Shown: one piece after another, positions 35,839 through 47,877 of the stretch | Numbering within the stretch: the stretch's first letter is position 1 | Layout of the letters: each line of letters starts with the position of its first letter | DNA from: Zygnema circumcarinatum SAG 698-1b | Taxonomy: Eukaryota; Plantae; Zygnematophyceae | Direction: 5' to 3' | Assembly (NCBI GenBank): GCA_037447605.1 | Contig: CM074818.1 | Location: 942,617 to 1,006,616, forward strand | Length of the DNA stretch: 64,000 nucleotides | Made by a program: the position numbers and the translations under genes | The notes under the pieces: generated by a model | What the model saw: only the letters and a program-made list of their open reading frames with translations | Database searches by the model: none | What the model was told of the DNA's origin: nothing

Positions 35839-38758
35839 TTTTCCCTCCCCCCTCCCTTCCTCTCTTTGTTGAAACGTTTATTACAAAGCTTGTATTCCCC
35901 GTTTGTTTGCAAGGCGTGAACCTTGCCGCAAGGCATGAACCTGGACTATCTCTCCGACCAGGTTCATGCCGAGAAGTGCAAGTCATGAACCTGGGCTATC
36001 TGTGCGGCCAGATTCATGCCTCGAAGTGAGCTTTATGCAGGTGATGATGATGGAGAAGCTGCGCCACCCCAACGTGGTCCTCTTCATGGGCGCTGTCACG
36101 AAACCGCCCAACCTCTCCATCGTCACCGAGTTTCTGCACAGGTTGGAAACCGATCCAAACCTCAAAAAGTAGTTTTAACAAGTATAGGCATATATGGTTT
36201 GTTCACTGTTTTTTTTCCTTTCTTTTTTCGCCTTTTTTTTCTGTTTCTGTTTTGCTCGATTTCGCAGGATTACGTGACGGATGCTTTTTTTAGGGTTTTT
36301 AGGGTTCTTCATGGCTGTCATGGTTAGAAAGAGAGAGAGGATTTGAGAGAGGGAAGAGGATATGGTGAATGGTAGTAGATGTTTATTTTTACTTACATTT
36401 GATAAAGTAAACCATCGAAGCAGACGGTCCAGGTGCGCGTGCTTAGTCCTCGTCGATAAAGTCACATGTGTTTACTTTATCGAATGGGGGGGTGCAGGGG
36501 GAGCCTGTTCCGGCTGCTGCACCTTCCCGGGGCGAAGGACACTCTCAAGGAGGAGAGGCGCATGCGGATGGCCATGGATGTGGTGGGTGCCGCTTGCATG
36601 CATGCAGGCATGGATAATATGTATGGAGGAGGTATCTGTGAGAGAGAGTGAGAGAGAGAGAGAGAGAGGGAGAGCCAGTGAGGGAGAGAGAGCGCCAGAG
36701 AGGGAGAGAGTGAGAGAGAGTGAGAAAAAAAGATAGAAAGAAAGAAAACAATCGTAGCCATGACGACCTCTTAAAAAACCTAACAAGCTTCACGCTGAAT
36801 ACCTGAAACCCTAAAGCCCTGAAACTTTTCAAACCGTAAAGCCCTAAAAGCCTAACACTGTAAAAGCCTGAAAACTCCTAAACCCTGAAAACCCTAAATC
36901 CCTAGAACCCTAGAACCCTAAAACCTTACTCCCCCAAAACCAAACCCTAAAACTCTACACCGTGAATCTTAATTTTTAAAACCTAAACTCTAAAACCTAA
37001 TCTTTAAACCTAAACCTTAAAAACTTGAAACACTGAACCTTAAACCCGAAACCCAAAAATACATATCGTAAAACCCTAGAATCCTAGAACTTCAACCCTA
37101 GCTCTTAAGCCCTTCACCCCTAAAGCCGAACCCCAAACTCTAACCCTACACCCTACAACCCTAAACCCCTAAACCTTAACTCGCTAAACCCCAAACCCGA
37201 AACCTTAAACCCTAAACCCTAAACCCTATCACCCTAAACCCTCCCCCCTGGGCGGCAGGCGAAGGGTATCAACTACCTGCACAAGTGCAACCCCACGATC
37301 GTGCACAGAGACCTCAAATCGCCGAACCTGCTCGTGGACAAGAATTGGACCGTCAAGGTCAGCTCAACACTTCAAACACACACAAAAAAAAATGCTATGT
37401 TATGTTGTTGTTATGTTAGGTTATGTTCTGCTATGTTTTTTCTATAACATCAGCAAACACGCAAGCATTCATGGTCCCTCGTCCCCTACTTCCTCTTTTT
37501 CCTTTCTCTTGTTCTTCTTTTTCATTATTTTTTTAGTCGTTAAAGGGGTAATAGTGGGAGAGGGCGAGCCCCTGCAGGTCGCCGATTTCGGGCTCTCCGC
37601 CAACAAGAACAGCACGTTTCTGTCGTCCAAATCAGGGGCTGGAACGGTGAGCGGAACTGAACGCCATGGAACCGCTCAGAACATGGCTTCGCATGCTTAT
37701 CTCCTCCTCCAGCCATTGAACAAAACCGGTTTCTGGTTGAACCCTGTGCTTCTCTTTACGGTTTTGAGTTTGAACCTCAGTCCATTGATCTTGAACCCTA
37801 GATCCTCAATTGTTGATCCTGACCCCTCTCCCCTGTTGATCTTGACCCCCCTTGACCTTCGCAGCCCGAGTGGATGGCCCCGGAGGTGTTGCGCAACGAG
37901 CCCTCGGACGAGAAGTCGGACGTTTACAGCTTCGGGGTCATCCTCTGGGAGCTCGCCACTCTGCAGCAGCCATGGGACGGGATGAACCCCATGCAGGTCA
38001 GGGCTCCTCCCCTCTCTCTCCCTCTCTCCCCTTCACCTCCCCTCCCCTCTCCCTCCGTCTCTCCCCTTCTTCCCCTCCCCTCCCCTCTCCCTCCCTCTCT
38101 CCTCTTCTTCGCCTCCCCTCCCCCTCCCTCCCTCTCCCCTTCTCCCCCTCCCCTCCCCTCTTCCTCCCTCTCTCCCCTTCTTCCCCTCCCCTCCCTCTCC
38201 CTCCCTCTCTCCCCTTCTCCCCTTCCCCTCCCCTTCCCTTCCCCCCCCTCCTGACATGCTGCCCCCTTCCTCCTGCAGGTGGTGGGAGCGGTGGGTTTCC
38301 AAAACAAGCGTCTGCCCATCCCCGATGACTTGTCGCCCGTACTTGCAGACATCATCCGCTCCTGCTGGGACAAGTGGGTCCACTCCCCAACCCTAAACCC
38401 TAAACATTAAACCCTAAACCCTAAACCTTAAACCCTAAACCCTAAACCTTAAACCCTAAACCCTAAACCTTAAACCCTAAACCTTAAACCCTAAACCCTA
38501 AACCCTAAACCTTAAACCCTAATCCCAAACTCAGCATCCAAAACCAGAAACCCTAAACCCTAAACCCTGAATGCTGAAGATCCTAAAATGTCGGTGGTAC
38601 AACACAGCACAGCACTGACCTCCCTCCCTCCCTCCCCCCTCCCTCCCTGCAGCAAGCCTCAGGCCCGTCCCGGCTTCACCGACATCATTTCGCGGCTGAA
38701 GCCTCTCGTGGTGGCGCTGCAGAGGGCGGCGGTGGCGCCGCTCAAGCAGGCAGGGTGA
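29515..38758 (+). CDS. CTR1: CTR1-clade B3 Raf-like MAPKKK (EDR1 domain plus kinase), 17 exons, ~1016 aa
   Basis: Exons 29515-30474, 30827-31009, 31182-31480, 31684-31828, 32371-32471, 33431-33598, 34182-34326, 34756-35008, 35330-35370, 35683-35751, 36041-36141, 36498-36582, 37259-37357, 37578-37646, 37865-37996, 38279-38373, 38653-38758 (3051 nt). EDR1 domain: [53 protein letters not shown] (CTR1-type), EYVVDL. Kinase: [34 protein letters not shown]. Start codon uncertain: the frame is open back to 28993, and another ATG lies at 29764. Confidence 0.93.
33680..34580. repeat. (CCCT)n tract (33680-34176) and telomere-like (CCCTAA)n with 37-bp higher-order unit (34328-34580), flanking CTR1 exon 7
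   Basis: Read directly. Confidence 0.9.
36790..37245. repeat. Degenerate (AAACCCT)n telomere-like array, CTR1 intron 12
   Basis: Read directly. Confidence 0.85.
38390..38570. repeat. (CCCTAAA)n telomere-like array, CTR1 intron 16
   Basis: Read directly. Confidence 0.9.
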
Positions 38759-39084
38759 GCCGGGAAACGGGAACAAAGGGTTTTACACATAGAAAAGGGA
38801 GGTAAGATGGTCGATAAGGTGGTCGATTTATCGTACCGTTGTTTTTATCCTGGCCAGGTGTTCCTTTTTCCTTCAAAAAATTTAGGGGTTGTAGGGTTAG
38901 GGTTTTAGCAAAATGGCGACGAGGTAGGACTTTGGTCGAGTCCGTGTGGAGAGTGGAAGGTTCTCGGCCGTGGCCGAGGGTGCAGAAGTTTAGGGTTTAT
39001 TCGCTTTTACTAAGAATGTAAATGAGGGTTTTGGAATGTAAAGTCTTTTACCATTGTGGAAATATAACAATAATGTGAAATGCA

Positions 39085-42000
39085 TTACGATATTGACAAA
39101 CTTCCTATGTCACCACTGTTCTCTTTCTCCCTCGCCCACTCCCTCTCCCTCTCCTTCTCCCTCTCTCTTCCCCGTCCTCCCAAGCCAGAGAGAGCGAGCC
39201 CTCCCGCTGATAGTTGGTTTGCCGCCCGGTTGCTTCCGAACTCCCTTGTGTTCGACTCGCGGGCAATGCGACTCCCAAACTGTGGGAGAGAGGGGGCACA
39301 TGTGGGAGACAACTAGTTAAACGGAGCGTTGGACAGGTGACCGGTGGCTCTCTATGGGGAGGTGGGGGTGGGAGGAGGCCAACAAGTGGAATTCATGAGA
39401 ACGAGGCAAGGGGGAGGAAGAGAGGGAGGGAGAGGGAGGGAGAGGGAGGGAGAAGAAGCGAGGGAGGGAGAGGGGGACGGAGGGAGATGGTGAAGAAAAG
39501 ATGGAGAGAGAGAGAGAGGGGGGGAGAGAGAGAGTGAGAGGTTGAGAGGGAGAGCTGTCTCTCAACCCGTCCTTCACAGCCGGCCCTTTCCTCTCTCACC
39601 TGAATTGCTCGCTTAGGAAGAGTAGCGGCTCCAACGATCCCCAACTTGCGGGCCACCTGCTCCTCAGCCCGTCAACAATACTGAAACTGAGAGAGCCATA
39701 GAAACATGGAAATCTGCAGAACTTCAGAACGACCAAACTGTAGATGAATCTGCGTACTGTAAACACGTTCCGTAAATTTCGGGATAGTGAGAGCATACAA
39801 ACCTTCCGCAAAATGAGCTTGTCTCCCACTCCCGCCGGGAGGCGCAAGTCTACGATGGAAGGGAGAGGGAGAGAGAGGAGCAATTCCATGAACTCCTCGT
39901 CCAAGAACGGAAACCGTGCCTGCCAACAAAATGCAATACCCACCCATGGAAACCCTAAAAATCGTCAGCATTCGGAAGGTCAGAAGATTCATCAGGGTGT
40001 CTTTATGCCCTCCGAAACGCACAGGCCTGACACCCAAAACCTCTCAAATCCTTAAACCCTAACCCTAAACTCTAACTATAACCCTAACCCTAAAGCGTAA
40101 ACACTAACCCTAACCGTAAACCCTAACCTAAACCCTAACCCTAAACCTAAATCCTAACTCCCTAAACCCTACCCCCTAAACCCTAAACCCTAACCCTAAC
40201 CCTAACCCTAAATCCTAAATCCTAACTCCCTAAGCCCTAACCCTTAAACCCTAAACCCTAAACCCTAAACCCTAACCCTAACCCTAACCCTAACCCTAAC
40301 CCTAACCCTAACCCTAACCCTAAATCCTAACTCCCTACACCCTACCCCCTAGACCCTAAACCCTAAACCCTAACCCTAATCCCCGGCTCACCTCCCTCCC
40401 GCGGTCTGCAATGCAGCGGTCGTCGCGGCCCAAATTGCGGCGCCAAAGCCTGCGCATGTCGAGCCGCATTTCGGCATCCAGAGCCTCCCACCTGCATGGG
40501 GGGGGGTTCAGGGGTTTTAGGTACAAGGGTTTTAAGGGTTAAGGTTGCAAGGTTTAGATCATTATTAGGGGTTTAGGGTTTTGGGTTCGAGTGCATCCTG
40601 TAGAGTGCAAGTCACAATTGAAAGAAACTCCTGAACCCTAACTCACCCTCCGCTCCGAAACTTTGTCCGATACCTCGCGTAGCCTCCACACTGCTCGTCC
40701 GCCCCCGTCCCCACCAACACCACTCGAGATCGGGCCACAAAGGAAATATTTCTTTTCATACCCGATTCAATCGCTTTATTATTATTATCATTATTTAGTT
40801 CCGTCCAATCGCGGCGCTCCGATGGTGTCCGAATTTCTTCTCCCATTTCGTCCCTTTCACTGCCCCCCTTTGCCGCATTTTGGGCCTCCTTTTCGGGCTC
40901 GAGCGAACCCTCTCCGCCGGCTGCAAGCCAGAGGGCGGCCCCGATGTTGAGGTCCTGCCGGCCGTACATTATTAGGGTTCAGGGCAAAGGGGTGGGGTTC
41001 CGGGGCTAGGGCTGGGGTTTAAGGGTTTGAAGTTAGGGTTAAGGATGTTGGGTGTAGGGTTTTAGGGTTCGAGGTTTAAGATTGAGTAAGGGTTTAGGGT
41101 TTAGGTTTTTTGGATGTTGGGTGAAGGGTTGAGGGTTTAGGGTTTAGGGATTAGGGTTTCGGGTTCAAGGTTTCAGATTTAGGGTTTAGGGCTTACGTTT
41201 TAGGGTTTGGGGTTTACGGGTTTGGGTTTCACGTTTACGGTAGAGTTTAGGCTAACGATATCGGCTAATGCTAACCTAAGGGTAACCCTAACCGCGAACC
41301 CACAACAATGTTGAAAATGTCAATGGCCTCCTCGTCCTTCGCAAAAGTCAGAGTTTCCCATAACCCTAAGCCCTAAACCCTTACTCTAATCCCTCCCGCT
41401 AACCCTAACCCTACCCCTAACCCTAACCCTAACCCTACCCCTAACCCTACCCCTAACCCTAACCCTAACCCTACCCCTAACCCTGACCCTAACCCTACCC
41501 CTACCCCTACCCCTACCCCTACCCCTACCCCTACCCCTACCCCTTACCTTAACCCTACCCCTAATCCTACCCCTAACCCTAACCCTACCCCTAATCCTAC
41601 CCCTACCCCTAACCTTACCCCTAATTCTAACCCCTAAACCCTAACCCTAAACTTTAACCCTAAACCCTAAACCCTAAACCTGAACCCTAACCCTAAACCT
41701 GAACCCTGAACCCCCCCCCCCCCCCNNNNNNNNNNCCCCCCCCCCCCCCCGGCGCAGTACCATGTGGGTGCCGGCGGGGCAGATGAGCGCGAGCAGGCGG
41801 AGCCGCTCGGCGTCCAAATCCGCCAGCGAGGCGTCCACCTTCACCAGCTGCCACCTGTCAACCTCTCATTTGCCCCCTTTCAGCCTCCTTCCAAAACCCT
41901 AAACCGTACATCCTCCGAACTCCTTTGGATCGTACGATACCCAACGGGTCTGGAAGCAACCAAACCTTTCCCCTCCCAAAGGTTCCAATCCCTCAACAAA

Positions 42001-44367
42001 CCCTAAAAATCTTTAAACCACAAAACTTTAAAACCCTAACCCCCTGAAACCCTAAAACCCTAAAACCCTAAACCCTAAACCCTACAATTTGCACGTGTCT
42101 CACGTGCGATGCGGCGCGAGATGGCGCAGCTCCTTGAGGGCGGCAAGAGCGGACTTGCGGTCGGGGGCGGAGGCTCCGTCGAAGCTCACATTCAGCAGCT
42201 CTATGGTCACTGCCCCCTCCACATCATGCTGACACAGGAATTAGGGTTTAGGGTTCAGGGATTAGGGTTCAGGATTTAGGGTTTAGGGTTTAGGGTTTAG
42301 GGTTCAGGGTTCAGGGTTTAGGGTTTAGGGTTTAGGGTTTAGGGTTCAGGGTTCAGGGTTTAGGGTTTAGGGTTTAGGGTTTAGGGTTCAGGGTTCAGGG
42401 TTTAGGGTTCAGGGTTTAGGGTTTAGGGTTCAGGGTTCAGGGATTAGGGTTCAGGGTTTAGGGTTCAGGGTTTAGGGTTCAGGCTTTAGGGTTTAGGGTT
42501 CAGGGTTCAGGGTTTAGGGTTCAGGGTTCAGGGTTTAGAGTTCAGGGTTTAGGGTTCAGGGATGAAGGATTTTTTGGGATCACAAGATTTGAGAGGTGTT
42601 TAGTGTTTTTTTTATAAGAATTTGAAAGTAGTTTCTTTCCCCTTGTCCGTTTTCTTTTGCTCTTTATCTGGTTTCAGGAGCTTTTCTAGGGTTTTCCCGA
42701 AATTGACAGATGGCCCTTAGTAGGGTTTAAGGTTTGTAGTAACCCTAAAGGAACCCTAGAACTGACCTGCAGGTGCCACGTGTCTATCTGCCAGCACAGC
42801 AAGAAGCATGGAATCCAGTCCCCCCGAGAAGAGCACTGCCGCTTTTGCAGATTCCGAATCCCCATGTTTCCAAGGACCTGCAGAATTTGGCCAATAATAT
42901 GAGAAAAAGGGGAGGTATAGAAAACTCAAGAAGCCGAAGGAAAGCCTAAAACTCCACGAGCTCTAGGAATTCAAACAGTCTACAAACCCTAAAATCCTTA
43001 CAATCGACCCTTCACAAAGGCCCCTTCTTCGTCCCTACCACTCTCTCTTACACACACTCTCTCTCCCCCCCTCTCTCTCTCTCTCTCACAACTCACTTCG
43101 TATATTTTTTACTCTTCGCTCCACTGCTCGACTAAGCGCAGCCAAAACCTGGTCGACCTCCGCCTCCATTTCCTCCTCATTTCTGTCGCTTTCCGCAAAA
43201 ATAACATTAGTTTTACGCCTAATTAAATTTGCCTCTTCGTCTTTTCTCCTCAATTCTGTGCCCAGATGTCCCTCCTTCTCTCTCTCCCTTTCTCTCTCCG
43301 TATGTTCACTATCCACATCTTCATGTAGCGGTTTCTCCGTAGAACGGAACTGTTCCCACATAGACAACCTCTCCAGAAGAGGGTCCTCCCATGCATGTTC
43401 TTCACAACTCCATGAACTCTGCCACGTGTCGCTTTCTCCATCATCCCCTTCACCTCCTGCTGCCACGTGGCACTTGAAGACGCAGGAGAAGATGCCACAT
43501 GGCACCTCCTCCCAATAGTCAAACGCGTCTCCTTGCACAGTTTCCGAACCTCTCCCGACCTTGCTCCGATCCCCTCCCTCTCTCCCTCCTCCTCTCTCAC
43601 CTTCACCCCCATTCCTCTCCTTGCTGCCACGTGTCCTTCCCTGACTAGTCCTTAACAATCCCGCGGCTGCCTCATCCTTCCCTTTCACTAAACCCAAACT
43701 GTCCATGGAAACAGATTCAGATTCTACAATCTGATTCCCAGAATCTTTTCCAGATTCTCCTGAATCTGCGGTGGATTCGTTACCCCCTTGAGATTCTCTC
43801 CCTGAGAGAGAGGGCGGAGAGACGGAGGAGAGGAGGAAGCGGGAGTCTCTCTCACAGGGGCGGTGCAGGAGGAGGCTCCGCCGTCCAATCACATCTCGTC
43901 CGTACCAAAGTCTCCTCGCTGCAGCCTGTACAACATAGAAACAGTTACAGGGAAACCTCACGGAACTGAGCAGAAACGGAGACGGAATGAGCATGGAAAT
44001 GGGAGCTTCTGACTTTCTCTCCTCCTCCACTCCCCTTCCCCCTTTTTTTTTTTTTCCAGGGATGGTGTACCATGTTCCGAGCAATGCAATCCCAAGACAA
44101 GGCAAAGGCAAAACACTTTACGTCATATGTTGATTTGGAAGAGCGATACTAATTGAAAGAGAGAGGGAGGGAGGGAGAGAGAGGGAGAGGTAGACCGAGA
44201 GGGGGGGGGAATGGCAATGGGAGAGCGAGAGAAAGGACGGGTGGAACAGACGGAGAGAGAGAGAGAAAGAGAGTGAACGAGAGAGAGGCAGGGGGAGAGG
44301 GGGAGAAAATGGCATGGGAGAGGGAGAGAAGGGAAGAGTGGGACAGATATGGAGCGAGGGGGGAAAA

Positions 44368-44398
<31 letters not shown>

Positions 44399-44466
44399 GA
44401 GAGCAAGAGAGGGAGAGAGAGAGCCAGAGAGGGAGAGAGACAGGGAGAGAGAGAGAGAGAGAGAGC

Positions 44467-44497
<31 letters not shown>

Positions 44498-46153
44498 CCA
44501 GAGAGGGAGAGAGAGAGAGAGAGTGGGAGAGCGAGAGAGAGAGAGACAGAGAGGGAGAGAGAGAGAGGGAGAGGGAGAGAGGGAGAGAGGGAGAGAGGGA
44601 GAGAGAGAGAGAGAGGGAGAGCGAGAGAGAGAGAGACAGAGAGGGAGAGAGAGAGAGGGAGAGGGAGAGAGGGAGAGAGGGAGAGAGGGAGAGAGAGAGA
44701 GAGAGAGACCTGCCAGTATATGAGTGCCCAGGGTCCCCTGAGGCGTGCGAGCACTCCCGGCGGGTCGCTGCCCTCCAACGCCTTCAAGAGCGCCTCTCCG
44801 TCGTTCTGCCCTGCCGCAACGGGCAGGCCCCCGAAAATTTCACCTGCCCGTCCAAGAGCCTCCAAAGGCTCCCCTTCAGAAACAGCTCACCACACATTAG
44901 CAGAAAAGTTTACAGAAGGAAAAAGGAAAAAAAGCAGCATGCTTGTAACTGATGAAATTTCGTCTGACTAACCATAAAATGGTCGGATTCAGTCACATTG
45001 AAAAAAAACTTAAAAACCTTCAGTAGTTCTAAAACTATAATGTTCCAAAAACCCAAATTCAAACCCTAGAAAAAATTCGGAGCACCCTGAAAAAATTCCA
45101 AAAACCCGAAAGCTCTAAAAAATGTGAAAGAGAGAGTTTCCATGCTCCGACCGTTGAACAGCAAAACATTGCCTTCCGCGTCCTGCAACGGCTGTCGAAC
45201 GCAGTCCGTGCCCCGCAACTGAAGCGAAGCTCCGAAAAACTGAAACTGTTCAGCATAGAACTCCGCGGGTCCATGCTCACAGGGTTCGGCGAATTTCGCA
45301 GAAGAAATTTGCTCCGTTTTTTTAGGGCAAGTGCAAAACCCTAAAAGTTCTGAAGGGAGGGTCAGAGAGGAGAGGGAGTCAGGCCCGCGACGTGACAGAG
45401 CTTCCTCGATTTCGAGGACGGAGGGACCCTCAAAATGAGGAGATGGGAAGTGAGGGGGAGACTCTTCTCCTTTCTGGAAAAAAAAAAAAAAAAAAAAACA
45501 AAAGGGAAACAAAGGGAACTAGATTACGGTTTGAACGGAGGTATCGACAGTATGAAAAAAAAAAGTTGGATTTGGGAGGATTTGATGATTTGCGCTCACA
45601 TATTTAATGATGGCTTTGTAAGAATTTTTTTGAAGGGGTTTTCGGGCGTTCCAGTTGTGAAGGTGTGGGTTTAGGGTTTAACGAGAGAAGGACCTTTCAA
45701 GGCTGTGAAGAGTTCAAGGTTTCATTTTCTGAAAACTCGTTCCGTTTTTTTCATATTTCAATTATACATTTTTAGAGTTGCTTTGAGTTCGGTAAGCAAA
45801 GCAATGTCTTGGATAAATGTTCAAATGCGATGGGAGAAACCCCCTTTAGGCTTTAAGATTTGCACATTTATCGACAACGAAACAAAAAAATTTAAGCGTC
45901 ATAGAAAACCTAAGCACCACAAGGAATCCTGAACCCAAAAAAAACTCTAATTACGGTCGAAATCCGACGATAGAGTTTGTTTTTTTCTTGTTTAAATCGT
46001 GATTATTTGCTGAAAATCACATTCGCTGACAAACAATTCCCCAATGTTGTTCCTTGTGGAATGCGGAAGGAGCGAGCAGCGAAGAACGAGTACCGCGCAG
46101 CATTGGCGCAACCTCTTCGCGCGGAGTTCCGCCAAAAAGGCGATGCCGCACAT
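39085..46153 (-). CDS. ASNSD1: Asparagine synthetase domain-containing protein 1-like (Ntn glutaminase-like plus PP-loop), 12 exons, ~810 aa
   Basis: Exons 46153-46094, 45473-45152, 44843-44710, 43925-43097, 42877-42767, 42209-42104, 41854-41761, 40954-40647, 40491-40392, 39919-39803, 39656-39600, 39279-39085 (2433 nt). Motifs [99 protein letters not shown]. The exon 1 donor is the least certain junction. Confidence 0.9.
40050..42560. repeat. Cluster of telomere-like arrays in alternating orientation in ASNSD1 introns
   Basis: On the + strand: C-rich at 40050-40380, 41365-41710 and 42000-42085; G-rich at 40500-40590, 40975-41240 and 42240-42560. Confidence 0.92.
44150..44708. repeat. (GA)n-rich tract, ASNSD1 intron 3
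   Basis: Read directly. Confidence 0.9.
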
Positions 46154-46154
46154 G

Positions 46155-46156
<2 letters not shown>

Positions 46157-46246
<90 letters not shown>

Positions 46247-46510
46247 TTATCTCTCCCCCTACTTCGTTCTCTCCTTCTCTCTCCCTCTGCTTATCTCTCC
46301 CCCTCCCTCTCTCTCTCCTTCTCTCTCCCTCTGCTTATCTCTCCCCCTCCCTCTCTCTCCCCTTCTCTCTCCCTCTGCTTATCTCTCCCCCTCCCTCTCT
46401 CTCCCCTTCTCTCTCCCTCTGCTTAGCTTTCCCCTTCCCTCTTTCTCTCCTTCTCTCTCCCTCTGCTCATCTCTCCCCCTCCCTCTCTCTCTCCTTCTCT
46501 CCCACTCTAT
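46157..46510. repeat. (CT)n plus ~44-bp CTCTGCTTATCTCTCCCCCT minisatellite immediately 5' of the ASNSD1 ATG
   Basis: Read directly. Confidence 0.88.
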
Positions 46511-47109
46511 CCCTCTCTCCCCTCTGCTTAACTCTCCGTCCCTCTGTGTCTCCTCGCCCTCCCCTCGATATTCGGCTTTGCAATATTTTCCGATATATCG
46601 GAGTATAAGAGGTTTAGAAACTTTTAGAACACTTTTAGACCGCTCCACCGCCGCTCCCTCCTCGCGATGTGCCTCAAATCGGTGACCTTCGCGGCTGCTT
46701 CTAGGGGCTGCGTTGTGCGCCTAGGCGTAGTTTTCCGCTCCTAGCTTCTTTCTTCGTGCGTAGGTCCTTTGCGACCAGTCCTCGTGGTTCCACTTTATGC
46801 TTTTGTCCATGTACATTTGATGGCCTCGCCATCGTGAGTTCAATGAAGTTTTCCCCCCTCCTTTTAGAACGTCTAAACGACCATTGAAATTGAGCTAGAG
46901 CCTGCCGTACGATTTTAGTTTTAGAATTTGTGGTTGGAATTTTAGTGCTCGACACTGCGTTATACCATTAACCCGCTAGTAGAAAAATTTTACTTAATTT
47001 CTTAGATTTTTGTATCCATCCCTATGTTGTACATACGCACGCGCATTTCAGCGCATTGCCATTGTGAGAACAATGCCACATCTCTTCGACTTGTTGTGGG
47101 CAACATTGC

Positions 47110-47320
47110 ACAAGGCATGGCATGGCATGGCATGGCATGGCATGGCACAAGGCATGGCATGGCACAAGGCATGGCATGGCATGGCATGGCATGGCACAAG
47201 GCATGGCATGGCACAAGGCATGGCATGGCATGGCATGGCATGGCAAGGCATGGCATGGCACAAGGCATGGCATGGCACAAGGCATGGCATGGCACAAGGC
47301 ATGGCATGGCATGGCATGGC
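47110..47320. repeat. (GGCAT)n with periodic CAA insertions
   Basis: Read directly; a shorter copy lies at ~14365-14408. Confidence 0.92.
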
Positions 47321-47877
47321 GGATTCTTGAACAACTTGAATTGATAAGGGGAGGTGTACGGATTCGATAGTCCTAGGCTATAACTTTTGGGGTGAATGGG
47401 ATTTCATGGTTTGCGGATGCACGCCACACGCTGCAAGGTACAATGTGTGCTCCTTCCACGACAATCGCATGACCATGGTCACATGATGGCACATCGTGCA
47501 ACGCTTGCCAATAGAAAGTCATCTTCAAATGGATCAGCGTTTCGCTGCCATCGAAAACACGCTCTTGGACATATACACGACTTTGTCGCCGCCCACCACT
47601 CGTCTACAACAACAACAATATGAATAAAATCAAAGAATTCCATGCTATTCTATGCTATCTCCAACTCCAAACCCTCACAAACCTAACACTTGTACACTCG
47701 CGACGTCGTTCACCTGAATCCCCAACGCCACTTCACTCTCTTCTTCAGTACTTGCCATAGTGCTCCAACTTCTCGTATTCCATTTCTCTCTCCCTCTCTC
47801 CCACTCTCCCTCCCACTCTCTCTCCCACTCTCTCTCTCCCACTCTCTCTCCCTCTCTCTCTCCCTCTCTCTCTCCCT

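Noticed and set aside
46154-47000. Possible ASDURF-like upstream ORF, as at the vertebrate ASNSD1 locus
   Set aside because: No ATG-initiated ORF with prefoldin-like character is visible; the upstream sequence is a GA repeat and non-coding.
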